Origin: Candidatus Methylacidiphilales bacterium
GTDB taxonomy: Bacteria > Verrucomicrobiota > Verrucomicrobiia > Methylacidiphilales > JANWVL01
Assembly: GCA_025056655.1 (NCBI GenBank)
Contig: JANWVL010000110.1
Coordinates: 10,035-74,034, forward strand
DNA length: 64,000 nucleotides
Direction of reading: 5' to 3'
Part shown: positions 1 to 8,300 of the stretch, piece after piece
How positions within the stretch are numbered: the stretch's first letter is position 1
Layout of the letters: every line of letters starts with the position of its first letter
Translations under genes and position numbers: made by a program
The notes under the pieces: model-generated
The model's input: the letters and a program-made list of their open reading frames with translations, nothing else
The model's database searches: none
What the model was told of the DNA's origin: nothing

Positions 1-435
1 AATGACTTTACCTGGAACACCCATAACAAGGCTTTTGGGTGGAATGTGAGTGCTGGGAGGGATAAGTGTGCCCGCAGCAATCAAGCTTCCGCTTCCGATT
101 ATTGAACCGTCTAGGATTGTAGCGTGGATGCCGATTAGGCATTGATCCTCGACGTTGCAGGCATGAACCACTGCTCCATGGCCGATAGTTACATGTCGGC
201 CTATGGTGCAGGGGAAATCGTTTGCAACGTGGACTACGGCATTATCTTGGACATTGGATCCTTCGCCTATATGAATCTGATTGATGTCTCCGCGGAGGAC
301 GGCGCCCGGCCAAATACTTGCTAAAGCTTCAACTACGACTGCTCCTATCAAAACACTTCTGGGGTGAATAAAGCTCAGGGGATGGATTTGAGGGCTTGCA
401 CCAAGGTATCGGGAAATTCGAACATCGAAATCCAT
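1..435 (-). CDS. gamma-class carbonic anhydrase-like / hexapeptide-repeat protein (YrdA-PaaY-CaiE family), C-terminus cut by window edge
   Basis: Absent from the ORF track because it runs off the window. My translation of the minus strand from ATG at 435-433 reads MDFDVRISRYLGASPQIHPLSFIHPRSVLIGAVVVEALASIWPGAVLRGDINQIHIGEGSNVQDNAVVHVANDFPCTIGRHVTIGHGAVVHACNVEDQCLIG... The WPGAVLRGD and IGxxVTIGHGAVVH motifs are typical of left-handed beta-helix gamma-CA-like proteins. Confidence 0.8.
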   Translation of the reverse strand, partial: MDFDVRISRYLGASPQIHPLSFIHPRSVLIGAVVVEALASIWPGAVLRGDINQIHIGEGSNVQDNAVVHVANDFPCTIGRHVTIGHGAVVHACNVEDQCLIGIHATILDGSIIGSGSLIAAGTLIPPSTHIPPKSLVMGVPGKVI

Positions 436-448
436 TTATGTTATGAGA

Positions 449-2956
449 TTATTTTTTCTTTGAGCTTATCTCTTGATAGTAATTCAACATCTCTTTGCAT
501 GCACGGGCGTATTCACCTACAAGGGATAAGTTTTGGCCTAAGAGGTAAGTGAAATAAGGGGGTGCATTTTCTAATCTTATAACTCGCTCAAGAGCGCGGA
601 TTAATTCAGGTAAGTTTTGTTCCTCTTTGAGTAGTAGAATATATTGGTAGGCGATGTGAAATTGGTCTGGCTGGCGGTAATATGCTTTTCTGACGCTTTC
701 TCGATCTGGAGGCAAAGTGACTGAGGGAAGGGTGGGTTTCTCAATCGATGCCTCTAATGCCTTATAAGCCTCTTCGTAGCGTTCTAGCCGATAAAGCATC
801 CACCCGTAGGCAAGGCGATGTATGTGGCACCAGGTTGGATAATTCAAAAAAAATTGTTCCAGCTGAGTCGGGTTCCCCAATCTAGCCCAGTATCGAAGGA
901 GCTCATCGCGTTGTTCGCTTTTTAAGGAGACAATCCACTCTGGGTTTTCAATCTCATTTTGCATTTCTGAATCAAAGTCTTTTGCGTTGAGCATCATCAA
1001 ATATCTCAAGTAAATATCTGTATGTCGGCGTGCTATTCTACGGAGATGGCGAAGGGCTTCCCCTCCCAAAGGCCGCATTTGACTGAAGAGGAGGCCAAAA
1101 TAGGACGCTCTACGCTCGGGATCGCCGCGCTCGAGTAAATCGCGCCATGCTTCAACCGCAAGGATAGGATTGTGATGCAGCCAGATTTGTGCCTCAACAA
1201 AAGCTCGGTCAACTGAAAAAGGTTCTACTAGTCGAGCAACACGAAAACTATTTTGTGCCACTTCAAAGTCCTGAACCATGGAGGCAATTTGCCCCCGCAT
1301 AAACAGCATTTGAGCATTCAGAGGTTGTATGGTTAAAAAAGACTTTAGGTTAGCCTGTGCAACCTCGATCTCTTTGCTTTCGACATCTTTAATGATTTGT
1401 TGCTTTAGTCGCTCCGCTTGAGCAGAGCTAGGAAATTGAAACAACCCTACACTTGATGAAATAAAATATCCTCCGACTGTCAGAACAAAGGCTCCTACAA
1501 TGCGTGCGATCCACTGGACAATGACATGAGCATCTTTCCATGCCTTGTTTTTGATTGCAAATCCGACCAGTAATCCGAACAGCATTATTGTTCCTAGACG
1601 GTGGGCAGGCACATCAAAAATCATATTTACCAAAAAACCAATACAAGCCACGTAAGCTGCCGCTCTTAGAGCAAACCCCTCACTTTCTCGATTAGGAAAT
1701 GAGCTAACTAAAAAAAACGCCGTAGCAAGAAGTAGTAACGCAACGCCAAGCACACCCATCTCCAAGAAAGCCCATAACCATGAGCTTTCGGGATGCAGCA
1801 GCTTCAAATACTTAGTTAAGGGGTAATCCTGATACTGTGGAAAGACACTCGCAAATTGCCCCAATCCCATCCCCCATGCAACAAACTCGCCACTCACCCT
1901 CAACACATTTTCAAATATTGCCAATCGCAAATCCTCCGCAAGCTCGGTTTCCCTCATAATCAAAGCTACAAGCCGATCATAAGCACGCCCCCCAAAAACC
2001 ATGAATCCTGCTACCAAAACTAGCAAGATCGATATCAACACCACGTTTGTTTTCCATCGCCTGTGCTGTCGTTGTGTCTGTGTGATGACCATCCACGCTA
2101 CTGTGCCCAGAAAAAAAAGTATTACAGCCATCCTGGAGCCCGTCAGAAACATGCCGCCTAGAATCGGAATATAAAACATCGCCCATAGCGGAGCTCGCCA
2201 TCGCCACCGTCGGTGTCGCAAATCCATGTCAATTAACGCGGCCACAAAAAGCCCGGCCAGTGCTAACACAGTCCCAGTCTGGTTGCGATTTAGAAAAAAA
2301 CCAAAGACCTTTGCATGTTGCGTTCGCATCTCCCACACGCCGACATACAGGCCTGTGAAATAACCCACCGCTGCCAAAATCACCAACACCGATATCCCAC
2401 TCAACAGCAAAACCACCAATGCCTGCAAGCGTGACCAGGGCCAATCTTGTCCTGCACACCATATGATCCACATCCCCCCTCCCACAAGAAGGAGCCAAGA
2501 CTCCCATGTGACCCAAGGTTGTGGTGAGCGTTTCGTCCCCATCAGATTTTCTCCCATAATCTCAACAAGCCGCGTGCGCCAAAGAGGCCACTGCTCCTGC
2601 GGCAATTCCATCAGAGCATTCAAGGGCCATAAAAGAAAGATACTTGCAACTATCACTAAGCCCCATGGAAATAATTTTCTAGGAGGAGATACGATCCACA
2701 ACACCCCGATAGTGAAGATAACAACCCCTTGCACGGTAAAAGTGCCTCCGCCCCCTAACATCAGCGTCAGCAGAACAAGCAATACAGCGACCACATGCCA
2801 AGGAGATAAAGGCGCCGGGTGTTCCAGCTCGTAATATTTGCGCCTTTTTTGCCTGTTATTAGATATGGTAGATTCCTTTTCTCCTGAAAAATTTGATGTG
2901 TTGCTGCCGTCAGGAGATGGCGATTGCATGCAATTGGAATAACCTACCGCCCCCAA
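449..2956 (-). CDS. O-antigen ligase (Wzy_C)-like polytopic membrane protein with C-terminal TPR-like domain
   Basis: 835-aa ORF. The N-terminal ~480 aa carries many hydrophobic helices. Segments LNRNQTGTVLALAGLF and FLTGSRMAVILFFLG resemble the O-antigen-ligase/Wzy_C loop region. The C-terminal ~330 aa is soluble helical repeat, e.g. RYEEAYKALEASI and GEYARACKEMLNYYQ. Confidence 0.6.
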   Translation of the reverse strand: MGAVGYSNCMQSPSPDGSNTSNFSGEKESTISNNRQKRRKYYELEHPAPLSPWHVVAVLLVLLTLMLGGGGTFTVQGVVIFTIGVLWIVSPPRKLFPWGLVIVASIFLLWPLNALMELPQEQWPLWRTRLVEIMGENLMGTKRSPQPWVTWESWLLLVGGGMWIIWCAGQDWPWSRLQALVVLLLSGISVLVILAAVGYFTGLYVGVWEMRTQHAKVFGFFLNRNQTGTVLALAGLFVAALIDMDLRHRRWRWRAPLWAMFYIPILGGMFLTGSRMAVILFFLGTVAWMVITQTQRQHRRWKTNVVLISILLVLVAGFMVFGGRAYDRLVALIMRETELAEDLRLAIFENVLRVSGEFVAWGMGLGQFASVFPQYQDYPLTKYLKLLHPESSWLWAFLEMGVLGVALLLLATAFFLVSSFPNRESEGFALRAAAYVACIGFLVNMIFDVPAHRLGTIMLFGLLVGFAIKNKAWKDAHVIVQWIARIVGAFVLTVGGYFISSSVGLFQFPSSAQAERLKQQIIKDVESKEIEVAQANLKSFLTIQPLNAQMLFMRGQIASMVQDFEVAQNSFRVARLVEPFSVDRAFVEAQIWLHHNPILAVEAWRDLLERGDPERRASYFGLLFSQMRPLGGEALRHLRRIARRHTDIYLRYLMMLNAKDFDSEMQNEIENPEWIVSLKSEQRDELLRYWARLGNPTQLEQFFLNYPTWCHIHRLAYGWMLYRLERYEEAYKALEASIEKPTLPSVTLPPDRESVRKAYYRQPDQFHIAYQYILLLKEEQNLPELIRALERVIRLENAPPYFTYLLGQNLSLVGEYARACKEMLNYYQEISSKKK

Positions 2957-2977
2957 GAGGACAAGTTTTTTAATACA

Positions 2978-3955
2978 TCAACTCGTCACAAAACGCACCG
3001 CTTCTTTTATCCTTTCCTCGTTAGGCAATACAGCTTGCTCGAGCCTTCCGTTGTAGGGTTGCGGAACGTCTAACCCCGTCACCCTATGAATAGGAGCATC
3101 GAGATCATCGAACAGCTCACGTTGAATTTCATAAGCAATTTGTGCACCCCATCCACAGAAAGGCTTGTTCTCTTCCACAATTACGACCCGGTTGGTCTTT
3201 ACTACAGAAGCTGCAATCGTGTCGAAATCAAATGGCTTTATTGTGCGTAAATCGATCACTTCACAAGAAAGACCTTGCTCTTGCGCGAGTTGATCTGCTG
3301 CAGCAAGAGCGCGATGAGTGCTTGCGCTATTTGCGATCAAAGTGACCTCGTTACCTTCTCTTACCACACGCGCTTTTCCAATCGGAGTAAGATATTCACC
3401 TTCGGGAATCTCACCTTTGAAGCCATAAAGTTTCTCGTTTTCGATGAAGCAAACGGGGTTGTTGGAACGAATTGCTGATTTTAATAGTCCTTTAGCATCG
3501 TCGGGAAACGCAGGAGTGATCACAGTCAAGGCAGGCACATTAGCATACCAATTTTCGGGCGTGTGAGAGTGAGTCGCCCCGACTTGCAAGCCGCCTCCCG
3601 ATGAACCTCTAAAGACAATCGGAATGGAAAATTGCCCGCCCGACATGTAACGGATCTGGCCAGCATTGTTAATAATCTGATCGTAAGCGACAAGGGAGAA
3701 ACTCCAAGTCATAAATTCAACAATAGGCCTTAACCCATACATCGCTGCGCCGATGGCAAGGCCCGCAAATCCAGACTCGCTAATCGGTGTATCAATCACA
3801 CGCTTAGGACCAAAACGTTTCAAAAGTCCTTGGCTCACTTTATATGCACCATCGTATTCCGCGACCTCCTCGCCCAAAAGAAACACGCGCTCATCACGCT
3901 CCATCTCCTCAGCCATAGCCTGGTTTAAGGCCTCTCGCATCGTCAATATCGGCAT
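2978..3955 (-). CDS. pdhB: pyruvate/2-oxoacid dehydrogenase E1 component, beta subunit
   Basis: 325 aa. The N-terminus MPILTMREALNQAMAEEMERDERVFLLGEEVAEYDGAYKVSQGL and the overall transketolase-like layout are typical of E1-beta. It lies 25 nt downstream of the E1-alpha gene. Confidence 0.9.
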   Translation of the reverse strand: MPILTMREALNQAMAEEMERDERVFLLGEEVAEYDGAYKVSQGLLKRFGPKRVIDTPISESGFAGLAIGAAMYGLRPIVEFMTWSFSLVAYDQIINNAGQIRYMSGGQFSIPIVFRGSSGGGLQVGATHSHTPENWYANVPALTVITPAFPDDAKGLLKSAIRSNNPVCFIENEKLYGFKGEIPEGEYLTPIGKARVVREGNEVTLIANSASTHRALAAADQLAQEQGLSCEVIDLRTIKPFDFDTIAASVVKTNRVVIVEENKPFCGWGAQIAYEIQRELFDDLDAPIHRVTGLDVPQPYNGRLEQAVLPNEERIKEAVRFVTS

Positions 3956-3980
3956 AAGCTTTCCCCCTTAGTGCAATCGT

Positions 3981-5063
3981 TTATCGATAGTATCGGTTTC
4001 GTCGCGGGATTTCCTCAATCTGATCCTCAGGGCTGAAAATATCGTCAAACACCTCCTCTATCTCTGGATCAGGGCTGTTGTCCGCAAAATCATATGCATC
4101 TTGCACTTCAGCTTTGACCTCTTCGTCCAATTGCTCCACCGCATCAGTGGTCATCACTCCTTCTTCCAGCAGCTTGGATTCATATAACAATATTGGGTCG
4201 GATTTCTTGTGCCGATCGACTTCCTCTTTGGTGCGATAGAGTCCAGGATCTGACATCGAATGACCGCGATAGCGATATGTCCGTATCTCCATCAACGTAG
4301 GCTGGCTCTCAGAGCGAGCCAAGGCCACAGCCTCAGCCGTCTTGGCCCGCACATCATCCAGATCCATTCCGTCAGCGACAAGCCCGGCCATGTCGTAAGC
4401 GTGAGCGCGATTCACCAGCGGTAGTCCAGCAGAGCTGCGAGCAAGACTTGTGCCCATAGCGTATTCGTTGTTTTCGATAATGTAAATAACCGGCAACTTC
4501 CACAACGCAGCTAGATTCATCGCCTCGTGGAAAACCCCTTGATTCACCGCACCATCGCCCAAATAACACAACGTCACTCCACCCGTCCCGAGATACTTCT
4601 GCGCAAAAGCGAGACCTGCCCCCAAAGGAGTCTGACCTCCTACAATCCCATGGCCTCCGTAAAAGTGCCGTTTTGCATCGAAAAAATGCATCGAGCCCCC
4701 CTTCCCCTTCGAACACCCCGCACGCTTCCCGAATAGCTCAGCCATACAAACTTTCGGACACATGCCCCTTGCCAAGGCATGGCCATGATCCCGATAAGCC
4801 GTAATTACAGCATCATCGGGCCTCAAAACAGATATCGTGCCGACAGCAACGGCCTCCTGGCCGATGTATAAATGACAGAAACCCCTAATCTTGCCTTGCG
4901 TAAAAGCTTGCGCGGCTTTCTCTTCAAAACGCCTTATGAGCAGCATCTGCCTCAGAAGATGGCGCTTCTCTTCAGGACGCAATTCCAAGTTGATTTTTCC
5001 TTCCGACCGTAATTCGACTCCTTCGTTCTTACTCACTGCAGGCATGCCCTCGAAGCTAACCAC
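3981..5063 (-). CDS. pdhA: pyruvate/2-oxoacid dehydrogenase E1 component, alpha subunit
   Basis: 360 aa with TPP-binding motif GDGAVNQGVFHEAMNLAALWKLPVIYIIENNEYAMGT and the YRYRGHSMSDP loop. The track start at 5063 is GTG, and an ATG alternative exists at 5045. No E2 or E3 gene is present in the window. Confidence 0.9.
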   Translation of the reverse strand: MVSFEGMPAVSKNEGVELRSEGKINLELRPEEKRHLLRQMLLIRRFEEKAAQAFTQGKIRGFCHLYIGQEAVAVGTISVLRPDDAVITAYRDHGHALARGMCPKVCMAELFGKRAGCSKGKGGSMHFFDAKRHFYGGHGIVGGQTPLGAGLAFAQKYLGTGGVTLCYLGDGAVNQGVFHEAMNLAALWKLPVIYIIENNEYAMGTSLARSSAGLPLVNRAHAYDMAGLVADGMDLDDVRAKTAEAVALARSESQPTLMEIRTYRYRGHSMSDPGLYRTKEEVDRHKKSDPILLYESKLLEEGVMTTDAVEQLDEEVKAEVQDAYDFADNSPDPEIEEVFDDIFSPEDQIEEIPRRNRYYR

Positions 5064-5389
5064 TCATTTCCCAAAAGTCAAAGTAAAAGCAACCTCAACT
5101 TCCTATCTCGTGTAGGGCATCCACACAAACAGAAATGCCCCCGAAAGAGACCTCCATTCCCTTCCGGGGGCCACACAACAAACCTAAGTTCGAAAATACA
5201 AGCCCTATTCCTATAAAAATTAGACTACAAACTGCAGATTATGTTCAAAAATTTTCAAAAGCGAACTACCCACCCAAAACAAAACAGAAAACCGCCAAAT
5301 CAAAAACCAACCAAAAAAACACAAAAGTGAAATAAATTCTTAATTTTTTGTTGACAATTTTCAAAATATAAAGTAAGTTTTTTACACAA

Positions 5390-8300
5390 ATGACAAACAT
5401 GAAAACGAAAAATATTCTCGCAATACTCCATAAATTCGAATCCAAAAGCTTACTCTTGGCCATCACTTTGATCCTACCACTCGTGACCAAAGGACTATCA
5501 CAAACACTCCCCACTGGTGCACATGTCGTGCATGGAGACGTCACGATCAACACAACAGACACACAGCTACACTTCCATCAAACAACACCCAAAGCCATCG
5601 TCAATTTTGATACCTTCAATATCGCCGCCGGACACGGAGTTCATTTCCATCTCCCCAACTTCGAAGCTGCAACCCTAGCCCGCGTCACAGGACCAGCAGC
5701 TTCCTACCTCGATGGCACTCTGACATCCACTGGCTCACTTTATTTGATCAATCCCCACGGCATACTCATCGGTCAAGATGGACGCATACTCACCCAAGGC
5801 TCCCTTGCCCTTTCCACACTTGATATCATCGACCAACAATTTCTCAATTCCACCTCCAGTCTTAGTTTTATCGGTCACCCGTTAGCTAATGGTTGGATCG
5901 AGAACCAAGGCCGTATACAAGCATACGGAGATCTCTACCTCATCGGCACACAAATCCGGAACACAGGCTCAATCAACGCAAATCAAGGCACCGCTTCTCT
6001 CGTCGCAGGAGCTCAAGAGTTGATCATCCAAGACAAAACTCAACCCAACGCCCCACGCGCCTATATTCGCAAAAAAATAAACGCCACTCCCGACCTCGCC
6101 TCCGAAACAGCAATCAATAACACAGGCACCATACAAGCTGCAGCCATCGAAATTCAAACAGCCGGCGGCATATTCGGCACCGCAATAAACCTCGGCGACA
6201 CCTCCCATCTCCTAGCGCAAGGCACTGAAGAAATTCGTGCCGCCATCGCTGTAACCTCTCCCTCAGGCGTCTTAAACATCAACGGCATCCTACAAGCCAT
6301 CAACCACGATGGCAGCGGCGGTTCCGTCCACATCGACTCAGGCGTCACAATCCTACCTGCCCTCCCTGCAAAAACCCACATTGCTGCAAAAATAGCCGTC
6401 TCAGCACTCGAAGAATACGACCAGATTCCCCGTCACGGAGGCACTGTTCAGATTTTAGGGCAAGACATCAACCTCGCCTCCACTGCCTCTATTCAAGCCG
6501 ATGGTTTCCTCTCCACAGCAGGAAAAATCCTAGTAGGAGGAGACTATCAAGGAAAAAATCCAAATCTTCGCAATGCTCAACGTGTCACAATAAATCCCCA
6601 AGCCCTCCTCACCGCAGATGCCCAGCACAAAGGAGACGGCGGCACGATCATCATTTGGTCCGATCATTACACGCAGATGCTTGGCACACTCTCAGCCCGC
6701 GGTGGCTCAAATGCTGGAGATGGCGGATTCATAGAAATCTCTAGCGCTGGCCACTTAGCTCTCCCACCCACACTAGACGCAACCGCTGCAGCCCACAACG
6801 GCAAAGCAGGCACTATCCTCTTCGACCCATCCGACATCACAATTTCCAATAATCCCAACTCAGAAATCTCCGGCCCACCGAACTTTACCTCTACCGCAGC
6901 GACTAGCAACATCAGCTACAACACAATCAATTCCCTCCTCAATCAAGGCACCTCAGTCATTATCTCCACCTCTTCTGCCGGCAACGGCAATGGGGACATC
7001 ACTTTTATCAGCGACCGCTTCGCCCAAGGCGGCGTCCTCAACTTTACTGGCAACAACACTACTCTCACCCTAAACGCACATCGGAACATCATCGTCCAAG
7101 AAGGCGTCACAATAAACCTCAAAGGCACCGCAAACACCGGCCAACAACTCATCCTCAATGCCAACACCACCAATGGCTCAATCAATATCCTAGGCAATCT
7201 TACCCTAGATGCCGCTATGGACGGCCTCAAAGCCCAAGCTGCTGCAATCCACTTTGGCCCTAAAGGAGCCCTGTTTGCCGGTGCTGGAGATATCTCTATC
7301 CATGCCTTGCAAGGCGATATCACATTCGACTCCGGAGCCGTATTAAATGCCTCTCCATCCTCCAATCCCTCTATCGAAACGCACCTCACCCTCAACGCAA
7401 ACAAAGGCCAAATCATCATGGCCAAAAACGGCCCCGAAAACCCCAATAAAATCTCCTCCATCATCATAGACGGCCACTCAGCGCGCCTGAAAGCCGAAAA
7501 AGACATCACCCTCGCAGATATTCAATTTCGTCTCAACGGTTCACGTGACGTCGAGATCACCTCTGAAAAAGGATCCATAAACATCACCGACCTCTTCGCC
7601 GCCAACCTCGGCAACCAAAACCTCATACTCAGCGCTGCAAAAGATATCACCCAACAACGCGGAGCCGATTTCTACATCCTCACTCGCCCCAACAACAACT
7701 CCACCTTCAGCCTCCTAGCAGACACTGGAAAAATCACCCTCGAAGGCAACCTCTATGCTGATTCTCTAGCCCCGCTTAATCTCCTCATAGAATCACAAGG
7801 CGACGTCACCCTCAATGGATCCTACAATTCAGGCAAAGCTCGAGAATATTCAATTCTATCCAATGAAGGATCCGTGCAAATGCTGCCCTCTGCCTCCCTC
7901 AACACCGCAGCCAGCCAAATCCAAATCATCGCAGAAAAAAATTTGACCCTAGGCAACCTAGAATTCTCACTCCTCACCCAAAATTCTCACATCACTGCAT
8001 CGACCGGCACAATCACCCTCTCCGGACTCAACAACTTTTCCATAGACGATGCCACCTTACTCCTCAAAGCGCACGGCCCCATCACACTCTCCGAAAGCGC
8101 TGAAATCCAACTCCGCTCCTCTCGCAAAAACGGCGTCATCGAAATCGATTCCCAATCAGATTCCCAAGGCTCACTCGATATTCAAGCCAGCCTACAAAGC
8201 ACCGCCGACGCACCTGTAGCTTTCAAAGCCTCAGCTCCTGCTATTACCCTAGGCCCCACCGCCCAACTCAAATCCCTCCGCGGCATCGATCTCAAATCAC

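Noticed and set aside
5137-5170. Imperfect hairpin CCCCCGAAAG...CTTCCGGGGG in the pdhA/exoprotein divergent region
   Set aside because: It has one mismatch, a ~13-nt loop and no T-tract, and lies upstream of both flanking genes. No function can be supported from sequence alone.
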